Notes under the pieces: model-generated
Databases searched by the model: none
Told to the model about the DNA's origin: nothing
What the model saw: only the letters and a program-made list of their open reading frames with translations
Virus record (IMG/VR): IMGVR_UViG_3300044534_000090
Source of the DNA: a virus
Length of the DNA stretch: 64,000 nt
Reading direction: 5' to 3' (one strand)
Position numbers and translations under genes: made by a program
Part shown: one piece after another, positions 48,101 to 56,435 of the stretch
Position numbering within the stretch: position 1 is the first letter of the stretch
How the letters are laid out: each line of letters begins with the position of its first letter

Positions 48101-49553
48101 GCACATCACCAATCGGGAGTCCACGAGAAGGTCGCCGAGGCTGCTGGAGGCCATCAACAACGGGTGGCTGAACGACCGGATCGCCCGGTTCAAGAACGGC
48201 GGGTTCGTGGGCGGCCGGGGCCGGCTGACCGATCTGGCGGCCCGCAGGATCCAGGCGGCGGCGGACTCGCTCGGATGGACGCTGCAACTGGCCCAGCGGG
48301 GCTGGAACGCGCCCAACGGGCTGTCCGGCACGTCGCATGCCGGCGACGCCGTTGACGTGTCCGGTCCGGCTGGCGGGGACCGGCTATGGAAGATCCGTGA
48401 CGCGCTCCGGCGGCAGTCGTGGGCGGCGTGGGTACGCGGCCCGAAGGAGAACTTCTCGTGGCATGTGCATGCCGTCCCGCTGGCTGGCGCGGGCGATGCA
48501 CGAGGGTCGGGCATCTACCAGCGGCAGGCGTATGCGGCGGGCGGAGACGGCTTGCATGGCCTGTCCACACGCGACGTGTATGCGACGCCGTCGGGTTCCG
48601 GAGGCAGCTGGCTTGGGCAGGCCGTCATCGCCGTGAAGTCGTTCGCTGAGCGGATGGCCGACAAGGCCAAGTCGTTCTTCAAGGGCTTCTCATCGCCGGT
48701 GGATTTCCTCAAGAACAAGATCACCGGGATGGCGTCGAAGATCACGGCCGGCATCGGGAAGTCCGGTTGGGCGTCGGCTCTCACCAGGATCCCGGGGAAA
48801 CTGTGGGAGTCCGGCAAGACGTGGGTCACCGGCAAGTTCAAGGCGTTCCTGAAGAAGGGCGAGGAGGACGAGGGTGGCGCCGCGGGCCGGTCGGGCAACA
48901 TGGAGTCCTGGCGGTCGATGGTGCGGGCTGCGTTGAAGGCGACCGGCATCGGCTCTGGGAAGGCCGACGAGGACAGCTGGCTGCGTCAGATCATGACGGA
49001 GTCGTCCGGCAACCCGAATCTCATTCAGAGCTCGGCGTTGCGCGACATCAACGTGCGCAACGGGGATCCGGCCCGCGGTCTGGTGCAGGTTCCCGGCGTC
49101 ACTTGGGCTGATTTCGGGAAGGACCAGGGCGCATTCCTGCAGAACTGGATGAAGCCGTTCAAGAATTTGGTGGTAGGAATGCGGGCGGCGGCCGCGCAGC
49201 ACAGGAACTGGCGCGCTGTTGTGGGGCACGGCCACGGCTACGCCGGCGGGACTCTGAGCGCGGTGCCCGGCTGGGCGTGGGTGGGTGAGCGCGGTCCCGA
49301 GCTGATGCGTCTGTCTGGTGGTGAGCAGATCCTGTCTGCGGCGGAGTCGTCTGCGCTGTCGCGCAGGTCGTCGCACATCGCGGTGGCCGACACCTCGGGG
49401 AATGGGCCGGCCCTCTCCGATACCCAGTGGGATGAGCTGCTGGATGCGATCCGTGACGGCCAGTCGCCGGTGGTGGTGGACGGCGGGACGCTGCGGGAGG
49501 CGATCCGCTCGGAGATGCGGCTAGCTGCGAGCGGGAAGAAGGCGCTGCGGTGA
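45120..49553 (+). CDS. Tape measure protein (TP901-like core) with Zn-peptidase-like and SLT domains
   Basis: AMDFEAQVSKV...GSDAGTSLKSML; SHAGDAVD...WHVH; ESSGN...GLVQV. Confidence 0.92.
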   Translation: MAGGGKGRSMVVKFEARTAGLRKQVGQAEGILTRFQKTTSRVGAGMKAAVMSAGGMVAGVTGVGAAATAAAKGAMDFEAQVSKVRATGEATEPQLKALEAQAMKMGKTFGVSATDAMQSVEALAKAGVSTQDIMGGGLTGALSLAAAGEMDVGESAETASSAMAQFGLKGKDVGHIADVLAQGANLAQGGVSELSQALSQGGMVASQMGMSLDQTVGVLAEFANKGLMGSDAGTSLKSMLQRLSNPAADAKRQMEKLGIAAYDSSGKFVGLSNFAGQLQTSMSKLTPAQRDAAMSTIFGSDAVRAASILYTDGAKGVAKWTKDVGKSGAAMETARVNTDNLKGDLDKAKASFQDAFITMGKSSQSPLRTVVQGFSSIADKAPAAATKVQQATSAFGAAFQAADGDITSSGFNGVMEAIGGGLGQMKNGAVAVWQALGPLIVGIVKLVGGAALGALAGIFRVLGPLFQSVGQFIQRHAVLFQSLAAAALAGAAALKGVKVALAIGAAAQKFATGLKTIGTALKFLPGTIKLVRVAMVQMNMAWLASPITWVIVGIAALVAAFVVAYKKSETFRRIVNAALNGVKAAALAVGRWFSGPFADFFKKGWEGATGAFDAVKSFFTTTVPNFFIGAWNGIKGAFQTGIDVVVNFVKAYWPILLSVIIGPLGLLIGAVVRHWDQIKAAFSTAIDAIKGVLTGLWTALTNSWAFQAMQSLFLTGFAIIRWVVVNFVNGVKIVWSAFWTGLTTVASAVWGGIKTVVMAGVNAVRNVIVPVINGIRAVWSVVWGAISGFFVGVWNRIYAVVALKIAQVHMVIVRVTNIIRAVWGVAWGWISTRVSTIFNNIHHNISVKMLQVQMVITRVMNIIKAVWSVGWNAVKATGTRVMNSVKSSFDLILGGIKGAFTNTVSAIGKIWGGIKHTVGAPITFVVDKIINNGIIAAIRKVQHFFGLTGKQQMPNLKVPKFRNGGTVDAPFHSAERDDLLGFTPHGVVRLEGGEHITNRESTRRSPRLLEAINNGWLNDRIARFKNGGFVGGRGRLTDLAARRIQAAADSLGWTLQLAQRGWNAPNGLSGTSHAGDAVDVSGPAGGDRLWKIRDALRRQSWAAWVRGPKENFSWHVHAVPLAGAGDARGSGIYQRQAYAAGGDGLHGLSTRDVYATPSGSGGSWLGQAVIAVKSFAERMADKAKSFFKGFSSPVDFLKNKITGMASKITAGIGKSGWASALTRIPGKLWESGKTWVTGKFKAFLKKGEEDEGGAAGRSGNMESWRSMVRAALKATGIGSGKADEDSWLRQIMTESSGNPNLIQSSALRDINVRNGDPARGLVQVPGVTWADFGKDQGAFLQNWMKPFKNLVVGMRAAAAQHRNWRAVVGHGHGYAGGTLSAVPGWAWVGERGPELMRLSGGEQILSAAESSALSRRSSHIAVADTSGNGPALSDTQWDELLDAIRDGQSPVVVDGGTLREAIRSEMRLAASGKKALR

Positions 49554-50362
49554 GCACAATGACAGCCACCCAGGTGACCGGGTGGAGGATCCGCCTGGAC
49601 GTCACCGTGGATGACATGGCGTCCACCTCCAGGATGTCGATCATCCGGACGAGCCCGGGCGGGGCGGTGTCGCCCATCATCGGCGTGGATCGGATCGCAC
49701 CGGCGTCAGGCGTCTGGGACGACCCGGAGGCGCCCCTGTGGGGGATCTCGACGTGGACGCTGCGTGAGCATACGCAGACTGGTGTGACAGTGGATCGGGC
49801 CAGTGTGCAGGCCAGTGTGCAGGCCGACCGGCCGGTCCTGTCAGATCCTGCCGTGCAGGCGTCCGCTCAGGTCGTGGTGCTCGCCGCCGGGCAGGACAGG
49901 ACCATGGCAGGCCGGGCTTCGAGCGTGGACATTGTGGGACGGCCCACCCGGGTGTGGTCGTGGGATGTGGAGGCGGCCCCGACCTTGTCGCCGGAGCTGA
50001 TCACCGACACCCCGGAGGATCATGCCGGTATGGAGGCGTGCTGCTCCGGCGGCTCGCCCGTGTTGCTGCGCTGCCCTGATCCGAGGATCGGTGACAGGTG
50101 GCTGCAGCGGGGTGGTGACCGGTCCTGGTCGTGGCTGTCCAGGAGGTGCGTGGCCCGGAAGCACACCCTGTCAAACTGTGAGGAGCTCGACGGCGCACCG
50201 GCCGGCCTGGCGGCCACCGCAGTCTTCGGTGACACGCTCGGCGACCTCGACAGCGTCGCACAGGCACTGGGTGGAGATGCGGCCGGAACCCTGGCCGCGA
50301 TCTCTGATCGGTGGACGACACTCGGCGGTATAGCCGCCACTGATCTGAAGGCCATGTCATGA
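49550..50362 (+). CDS. Minor tail protein (Dit-like)
   Basis: Follows TMP. Confidence 0.65.
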   Translation: MSTMTATQVTGWRIRLDVTVDDMASTSRMSIIRTSPGGAVSPIIGVDRIAPASGVWDDPEAPLWGISTWTLREHTQTGVTVDRASVQASVQADRPVLSDPAVQASAQVVVLAAGQDRTMAGRASSVDIVGRPTRVWSWDVEAAPTLSPELITDTPEDHAGMEACCSGGSPVLLRCPDPRIGDRWLQRGGDRSWSWLSRRCVARKHTLSNCEELDGAPAGLAATAVFGDTLGDLDSVAQALGGDAAGTLAAISDRWTTLGGIAATDLKAMS

Positions 50363-51438
50363 GGGCTGCCACAAGCATGTATGCGGGCGCGGTCGCGAGC
50401 GGCGCCCGATCCGTGGTGGAGGCGACGGTGTGGCTCGGGAACTATCGGATCGCGACCCTCCCGGTGATCCGCGGGTCATGGACCGTCACCGACTCAGAGG
50501 AGCAGGTTCCGGGTTCCGTGCAGTTCCAGGTGCCGAACACGCCTCAGTGGAGGCCGACACGTCCAACGGACCCGCTCGGCTGGTGCGGTCAGAGGATCCA
50601 TATCAGGGCCGGGGTGCAGATCGGGAAGCGCGCCGAGATGCTGAACCTGGGATGGTTCATCCAGAACCGCCCGGAGCTCAACGGCGACGTGATCCAGGTA
50701 TCTGGCACGGGGCTGCTAACGATGGTGGATCGGGCCAAGCTTCTCACCCCTCTCACTGTGGCGGCTGGGACTTGGCGGTCGGCCGTGGTGGCGCAGCTGA
50801 CGAGGGGGATCATCCGCCTCCGCGTGGACATGCCGAATCAGCAGGTGAGGGCGTGGACGTGCGAGCAGGATCGGTTGCAGGGTCTCCACGACATGGTGGA
50901 TGCGTGGCCCGCCAGGCTCGATGTGACCGACGACGGTCTGGCGGTGATCGGCCCCGTGTGGAGTGCCACATCGGGGAATCCCGTGGTGGAACTGGTGGAT
51001 GGACCGTCTGGGACTCTTTCGTCCGCCGCACAGGCATCGTCCGGCGGTGACGGGGAGACGCCCCACAACTGCTACCGGGTGACGGCGCAGCCTGAGGGCA
51101 CTGACCAGGCGGTCTCTGAGTCGTGGACGCTCACCTATGGGCCGTGGCGGTGGGGCGGCCCATTCGGGTGGGCGCCGGGGTTCTACGAGTCCGCCGCTCT
51201 GCCCACTAACAGGCAGCAGTTGCGGGCGGTGGCGCAGTCCATGACGCTGCGCTCGCTGGCGCCGTTGAACTCGTGGACGGTCACGGCCTCCCCTGATGCG
51301 CGCGTGCAGAAGGGCGACGTCGCACACGTCAGGGATGCCCGGCATGGCCTGGACATCATCGGACGTGTCACCTCTGTGACGCACACTGCCGACAAGCTCG
51401 AGGCCACGGTGTCGTGGATGAGGGACGTGGACGCATGA
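50359..51438 (+). CDS. Minor tail protein (hub-like)
   Basis: Position; PDARVQKGDV motif. Confidence 0.7.
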   Translation: MRAATSMYAGAVASGARSVVEATVWLGNYRIATLPVIRGSWTVTDSEEQVPGSVQFQVPNTPQWRPTRPTDPLGWCGQRIHIRAGVQIGKRAEMLNLGWFIQNRPELNGDVIQVSGTGLLTMVDRAKLLTPLTVAAGTWRSAVVAQLTRGIIRLRVDMPNQQVRAWTCEQDRLQGLHDMVDAWPARLDVTDDGLAVIGPVWSATSGNPVVELVDGPSGTLSSAAQASSGGDGETPHNCYRVTAQPEGTDQAVSESWTLTYGPWRWGGPFGWAPGFYESAALPTNRQQLRAVAQSMTLRSLAPLNSWTVTASPDARVQKGDVAHVRDARHGLDIIGRVTSVTHTADKLEATVSWMRDVDA

Positions 51439-52118
51439 GCACGGTGAGGAGCGCATCTGTGGTGTCGGGGCCGTCTGCTGGTCTGCTGACCGTCTCGATT
51501 CTGGGCGAGCAGGCGACAAGGAAGGTCATTGCGACGTCGGCGGTGGCGGGGGTGGCTTCCGGCGCGCAGGTGCTGGTGGTCTCTGACTCGGGGCAGTCGT
51601 GGGCCGTGTCTGTGACGTCCACTGCCTCGACTCCGACTCCTGCGCCGAGTGGCGACTCGTTGCCAGTGGCCGGCCCCGAGACGATGGGGTCGGTGTCGGG
51701 GGTTGAGGTGCTGGTGCCGTCGTGGTCTGGCACGTGGCAGGACGGTGGCTGGCGTGAGGACACGCAGGACGCCATACAGGGTGACGGGGTGACTGGTGCG
51801 GTCTTCTGGACCGGGATGGCGCTGTTCGGACAGATCACATCGGCTTCGGTGATGTTGAACCGACCCGGAGGTGGGTCTCCGGCCGCCCCGACGATCGGGC
51901 TGCTGGCCGGTGCACGGGATCCTGGCGCGTTCCCTGCGGTCCTCGCGACCGCGACGGGGCCTCCCCTCACAGGTGGGGCGCCAGTCCAGTGGAGGGCCCC
52001 GGTCGACTGGCTGCCCAGGTTCCAGTCCGGTGAGGCCGGCGGGATCGGACTCGTCGGAAACGAGCCCTGCACGATCGACGGACCAGCGGCCGCCGCCGCA
52101 ATCACATGGGAGGAATGA
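51435..52118 (+). CDS. Minor tail protein
   Basis: Position; W..TW...GWR..T..AIQG. Confidence 0.6.
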   Translation: MSTVRSASVVSGPSAGLLTVSILGEQATRKVIATSAVAGVASGAQVLVVSDSGQSWAVSVTSTASTPTPAPSGDSLPVAGPETMGSVSGVEVLVPSWSGTWQDGGWREDTQDAIQGDGVTGAVFWTGMALFGQITSASVMLNRPGGGSPAAPTIGLLAGARDPGAFPAVLATATGPPLTGGAPVQWRAPVDWLPRFQSGEAGGIGLVGNEPCTIDGPAAAAAITWEE

Positions 52119-52119
52119 C

Positions 52120-52503
52120 ATGGCCATCGTCAGAAGCTTCACGAAGGACGACACGTCACAGATCTGGCTGCTGCTGAACGAGCTGGGGTCTGCGATCAAC
52201 ACGTTCGGCAGCCTGAGATTCGGGAACTGGGCGATCGAACCGCGACACGAGTCGATCTATCCGGGATCCACAGCAGGCGCGTCCTACACCCAGCAGGTCG
52301 CGTTCACGACGACCTTCTCCGAGGTGCCGTTTCTGATCTTCGGCGGCCTGATCACCACGGCAGCTGGGACAGGAAAGGTGACTGTCAGGTGCTTCAACCC
52401 GACCGTCACGGGATGCACGGCGTGGGCCACGACCTATGACGGGTCGAGCCTTCCGAATCAGCGGATGCCCTACGACCTGCTGGTGGTCGGGAAGGTCGCG
52501 TGA
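52120..52503 (+). CDS. Tail fibre tip protein (H-lectin/gp53-like)
   Basis: QQVAFTTTFSEVP...TVTG motif. Confidence 0.5.
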   Translation: MAIVRSFTKDDTSQIWLLLNELGSAINTFGSLRFGNWAIEPRHESIYPGSTAGASYTQQVAFTTTFSEVPFLIFGGLITTAAGTGKVTVRCFNPTVTGCTAWATTYDGSSLPNQRMPYDLLVVGKVA

Positions 52504-53066
52504 TGGTCCCCCTGATCACTGAAATCGGTCTGGCCGCACTGATCACGGCCGCCGGCTCATCGATCGCCGCTCTGATCGGCTCGCTGGTGCAAGGCATGAA
52601 GACTCGCGCGGAGGTGGAGCAGATGCGCGGGAATGTGACCGCCGCGATGGAGACGGCCCAGCATGAACTCACCCACAATCACGGCTCGAGCATGAAGGAC
52701 GCGTCCACGCGGACGGAGGGGAAGGTGGACCGGCTGTCCGACGCGGTGGAGGCCAACACTGAGTTGACGCGTGGGGTGGTGGCCGAGCAGGACCGGCAGG
52801 CCACCCGTCTCCATGCGCTGGAGACCGGGCTGGGTGGGATCCGTGATGACGTGCGGCAGATCCACCGGTCCTCTGACTCTGAGCACGGCACCCTCCGGGA
52901 TGACATCAGTCAGATCCGTGATGATGTCCGGGCCATCCAGGGCCGGTGTCGCCCCCGCGACTCCCCCGCCTGTGGCGGCTGGGACTACCGCGACCATGAG
53001 ACCAGCGGTCAGCCCCCGATTTTCAGGGCACCCGGCAGGGACCATGACACCCAGGAGGACACATGA
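52500..53066 (+). CDS. Membrane protein of the lysis cassette
   Basis: TM plus coiled coil; HNHGSSMKDASTRTEGKVD. Confidence 0.6.
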   Translation: MMVPLITEIGLAALITAAGSSIAALIGSLVQGMKTRAEVEQMRGNVTAAMETAQHELTHNHGSSMKDASTRTEGKVDRLSDAVEANTELTRGVVAEQDRQATRLHALETGLGGIRDDVRQIHRSSDSEHGTLRDDISQIRDDVRAIQGRCRPRDSPACGGWDYRDHETSGQPPIFRAPGRDHDTQEDT

Positions 53067-53947
53067 GCAGAGCAGCGTGGTATCCGCCCGCCAACCAGCA
53101 GGCGCAGCGGTACGACAGCGTGTACAAGGGCTCCTCGATGAGCCCGAACTGTCTGGTGCTGCACACCACTGAAGGCCAGTCCTGGCCGGCATACAACGGC
53201 GGGGCGGTGGCGCCGCACCTGACAGCGCTCCCCGACTTCGCCAACAAGCGGCTGGTCTGGCGGCAGCATTTCCCGGTGACCATGTCGGCGCGCGCCCTGG
53301 TCAACGCCCCCGGCGGTGTGGAGACCAACACGGCGAACTGTATCCAGATCGAGTTGGTGGGAACGTCCGGGTGGGCAACCACCGCGAACAAGAACCGCGA
53401 CTACACCCTCGATTCCAAGTGGTGCTGGGCGACGAACGCCACTGATTGGATGCTCGCCGGAGTCGCCGACTTCATCAAGTGGTGCCACAGCGAGTGGGGA
53501 ATCCCTCTCAGCGCCCCGTATGCGTTCGACGACTGGGCCGGCAACCACTCGCACCGCATGTCCGCTTCGCAGTGGCGCTCCTTCGAGGGCGTCTGCGGCC
53601 ACTCCCACGTTCCCGAGAACGGACACACCGACCCTGGGGCCTTCCCCATCGCCGCCTGCCTCAAGTTGGCAGCCGGCGGAACCATCAATCAGGAGGATGA
53701 CGTGATCAGTGACAAGGACATTCAGAGGATCGCCGCGGCGGTCCACTCCCAGAAGATCGGGAGGACCGGCATCAGCTTCGGGGTGCTGGGTGAGAAGCTG
53801 CTCAAGGGGCAGATCACCACCGACGCTGCTGTCTCCGACTCCACCGCCGACCGGATCGCCCGCAAGGTCCATGGCGTCAAGCTCGGACGGAGCGAGGTCA
53901 CCATCGGGATGGTGCTGCAGAAGCTCGCCGGGAAGCTGGGGCTGTGA
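53063..53947 (+). CDS. Endolysin, Amidase_2
   Basis: VLHTTEG, IELVG, GVCGHSHVPENGHTDPG; homologous to 20496-21341. Confidence 0.9.
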   Translation: MSRAAWYPPANQQAQRYDSVYKGSSMSPNCLVLHTTEGQSWPAYNGGAVAPHLTALPDFANKRLVWRQHFPVTMSARALVNAPGGVETNTANCIQIELVGTSGWATTANKNRDYTLDSKWCWATNATDWMLAGVADFIKWCHSEWGIPLSAPYAFDDWAGNHSHRMSASQWRSFEGVCGHSHVPENGHTDPGAFPIAACLKLAAGGTINQEDDVISDKDIQRIAAAVHSQKIGRTGISFGVLGEKLLKGQITTDAAVSDSTADRIARKVHGVKLGRSEVTIGMVLQKLAGKLGL

Positions 53948-54420
53948 TGACTGCCACCGACGCTCTCGCCGTGATCGTCGCGGCTCTCGTCTCCACCACC
54001 GGCACCGCGGTCGTGGTGCGCCCCGGATGGTCGGCGAAGTCGAAGCGCCTCACCGCGCTCATCATCGCCCTGGTCCTCGGCATTCTGGCCGCCCTTATCG
54101 CCGGGCAGATCTCGGGTGTGCCTGGGTCGGTCACCGCCGTGGTGCAGCAGGTCGTCATCTCGGCTGCCGCAGTGGTGGCGGCCGCGCAGGGATTCCATCG
54201 GCAGATGGCCGGAGCCCTGGGTGTGCTGGAGTCAGCCACGTCACCGACCGTGATCGAGGGGGAGCTGCAGCCCGACGCGGCGCCTGACCCGGCAGCCCCG
54301 GAGCCCGACCCGGATCCGATCGTGGATGTCATCCCTGAGCCCGTCGACGTGTCCGCGCTGGATGATGTCGAGCCGGCCGAGGTGCCTTCCATCCCCGAGC
54401 ACGCCGCAGACCCTGAATGA
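53947..54420 (+). CDS. Holin
   Basis: MTATDALAVI shared with holin X; TM segments plus acidic tail. Confidence 0.75.
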   Translation: MTATDALAVIVAALVSTTGTAVVVRPGWSAKSKRLTALIIALVLGILAALIAGQISGVPGSVTAVVQQVVISAAAVVAAAQGFHRQMAGALGVLESATSPTVIEGELQPDAAPDPAAPEPDPDPIVDVIPEPVDVSALDDVEPAEVPSIPEHAADPE

Positions 54421-54773
54421 TGGCATTCATCGACTGGCGGAACCTCGCGGACGATGAGCTTGCACAGGTGGCTCTTGGCGCCGCGGCAGAGTTCCAGCGT
54501 CGGCAGACCATCGCGGACGGGCCCGCGAACGTGGACAGGATCTGTCGCGCGTTCGCGGCGGGGACCCTGAGCGTGGATCCCTGCACGATCGACGCCAGCG
54601 CCGGCTGCGAAGGCCGCCCGGAGTGGCGGGAACTGGGCACCGGGTGGCCGTCTGGGGCACGCGTCGCCCATGACGGGCACTGCTGGGTGGCGGTCAGCCC
54701 AGCCACCCAGGGAGAGCCTGGAGTCTCACCCATGTGGATCCAGGAAGACAGCAACCAAGGAGGAGCATCATGA
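54417..54773 (+). CDS. Protein with C-terminal CBM5/12-like carbohydrate-binding module
   Basis: WPSGARVAHDGHCWVA......EPG..W pattern. Confidence 0.55.
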   Translation: MMAFIDWRNLADDELAQVALGAAAEFQRRQTIADGPANVDRICRAFAAGTLSVDPCTIDASAGCEGRPEWRELGTGWPSGARVAHDGHCWVAVSPATQGEPGVSPMWIQEDSNQGGAS

Positions 54774-55149
54774 CCACCGTCGACCCGCCCGGTCTGCGAT
54801 AGGTGCTGGCACCAGCTCCCTGGCACTGGGCGCCACGGCCACGACCGCGGCGAAGGGAGACCACACCCACAGCTACAACGACCTGACCGACAAGCCCAGC
54901 ATCCCCTCGGCGCCGGCCGAGGAGCGCCTGGTGCCGACCGGAGGAACCCAGAATCAGATCCTCAAGGTCGGCTCGGACGGGAAGCCGGCGTGGGGGGCGG
55001 ATGCGAATACGCAGCCGCCCACCCTGTCGGCGGCCGACGTGCAGGCCGGGACGGCGACCATCCCCTCCTCGATCACCGCGAAGATTCTGGCGGATGAGAT
55101 CGACCGGCGCGTGGCGGCCGCGATCGCAGCTCTCCCCTCCGGAGGCTGA
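54770..55149 (+). pseudogene. Frameshifted structural-accessory gene (1-nt deficit near codon 6)
   Basis: RBS GGAGGAG and coupled ATG 54770 read MTTVDPPGLR-stop; the -1 frame continues ARSAIGAGTSSLALGATATTAAKGDHTH. Confidence 0.55.
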
Positions 55150-55163
55150 TCCTCGGGTACGAA

Positions 55164-55198
55164 GAAGCCCCCTCCACCATCACGGTGGAGGGGGCTTC
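55164..55198. terminator. Bidirectional intrinsic terminator
   Basis: GAAGCCCCCTCCACC-ATCAC-GGTGGAGGGGGCTTC. Confidence 0.85.
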
Positions 55199-55219
55199 GT
55201 GCGTCCGGGCCAGTGTCAG

Positions 55220-55347
55220 CGGGCCACCCCCGGGAAGCCGGGGAGGACAGCACATCACACAAAGTAAAACGGCTCACCCCCGCGCGGGCGGGGACTACAG
55301 TCGACCGATTCACAACCTCGGGTGACCCCCGCGTGAGCGGGGACATG
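55220..55347 (-). CRISPR. Type I-E CRISPR mini-array: 3 degenerate 29-nt repeats, spacers of 20 and 21 nt, no cas operon
   Basis: Minus repeats CATGT-CCCCGC-TCAC-GCGGGG-GTCACCCG (55347-55319), GTAGT-CCCCGC-CCGC-GCGGGG-GTGAGCCG (55298-55270), GTCCT-CCCCGG-CTTC-CCGGGG-GTGGCCCG (55248-55220). Confidence 0.85.
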
Positions 55348-55359
55348 TCCCTGACGGTA

Positions 55360-56058
55360 TCACTTGCGGCGGATCTTGGAGACCATCATCTCCGAGATCC
55401 CGAGCGCCCGGGCGAGCCGCCTCCCGGTCCAGTCAGGCCTCTCGGCCACCAGTGCAGCCCTCTCGGCGACCAGCGCGTCGAGCTGGCGCTGCGCGTCGGT
55501 GATCCTGGCGGCCACGTCACGCAGGGGCGCCTCGGCCGCCCGCGCCTCCTCGGTCTGCCGCTGCTGCTCCGCCTCCCACTCGGCCTCCTCTGCGCTGGCC
55601 TCCTCGACGGCGCGGCGCAGATCCGACAGTGAGGCTACGCGACGCCACCGCCGCTCCTGGTCCCCGTGATGAGACCGGACGGAGACGGGCCCGCCCTGCC
55701 ACTCCCACTCGCCGACCACGTACATGGGCGGCCGGTAGTCGGAGATGATCACCCGGCCGTCATCCCACACGCGGCCGGCGCTCAGCCATCCGCCGGCGAT
55801 CCACTCGCACCACACCTCGGTAGGCACCTCGTCACGGTCGGCTGGGTCCAGCTCCTCGATGGTGACGCCGAGGTCCAGCACGTCGCGGTCGCCGGATCCT
55901 CCCGGCAGGGCCTCGACGGCCTCTGCGACGCCCGGCTCCGAGGTGTCGCACCACTCGCGCGCTATGGCCATCAGCTCGGCGTCATCGTGCGGAGTAGCCC
56001 ACTCGCCCGAGTAGGTGTCGCGCATCAGTACCACGTGGCGCTCGTCGTAGGTGTACAT
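55360..56058 (-). CDS. Acidic N-terminal domain fused to C-terminal Aca-like HTH
   Basis: 23 D/E vs 5 R and 0 K in the first 86 aa; C-terminal WTGRRLARALGISEMMVSKIRRK. Confidence 0.75.
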   Translation of the reverse strand: MYTYDERHVVLMRDTYSGEWATPHDDAELMAIAREWCDTSEPGVAEAVEALPGGSGDRDVLDLGVTIEELDPADRDEVPTEVWCEWIAGGWLSAGRVWDDGRVIISDYRPPMYVVGEWEWQGGPVSVRSHHGDQERRWRRVASLSDLRRAVEEASAEEAEWEAEQQRQTEEARAAEAPLRDVAARITDAQRQLDALVAERAALVAERPDWTGRRLARALGISEMMVSKIRRK

Positions 56059-56112
56059 GTCATGTCCTCTCAGTGTGGGGGCCGGATGCCCAGCCCCCGG
56101 GTGGTTGGTGGG

Positions 56113-56412
56113 TCAGAGGGCCTTGCGGACGCGGGCGGCGATCTCGTCGGCGGTGATCTCCCGCTCGGCCTTCGATGGCAGGTAGTCCACGTGGATGGTG
56201 TCGGCGTCATCGAGCCAGACCTTCGCGGAGCGGATCGCCCCGGCGCGGCTGTTGGAGATCTCACGGCCGTCGAGCGTGGCCCAGCGGATGTTCCCGGTGC
56301 CGTACAGCTCGACGTCGAGGCCGACGATGTCGGTCCAGTTGTTGATGTAGCGGCGATGCTGGCCGGTGCGGCTGGTCCAGTCGTTGATGTCGGGGGTGAT
56401 GGTGTCGTTCAT
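56113..56412 (-). CDS. Hypothetical protein (candidate Acr)
   Basis: RBS AAGGAG; 99 aa; first gene of the leftward operon. Confidence 0.7.
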   Translation of the reverse strand: MNDTITPDINDWTSRTGQHRRYINNWTDIVGLDVELYGTGNIRWATLDGREISNSRAGAIRSAKVWLDDADTIHVDYLPSKAEREITADEIAARVRKAL

Positions 56413-56435
56413 TTCGTGCTCCTTGGGTGGTAGGT

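Noticed and set aside
46242-48338. Long antisense or alternate-frame ORFs (also 3061-4134, 4171-5523, 12297-13424, 13446-14726, 38044-39285)
   Set aside because: Shadow ORFs of high-GC genes: Arg/Pro/His-rich, with no RBS or motifs.
55249-55269. Spacer start TTTTACT resembles the TTTACT box of the X promoters
   Set aside because: Only 6 nt are identical and the alignment collapses afterwards.
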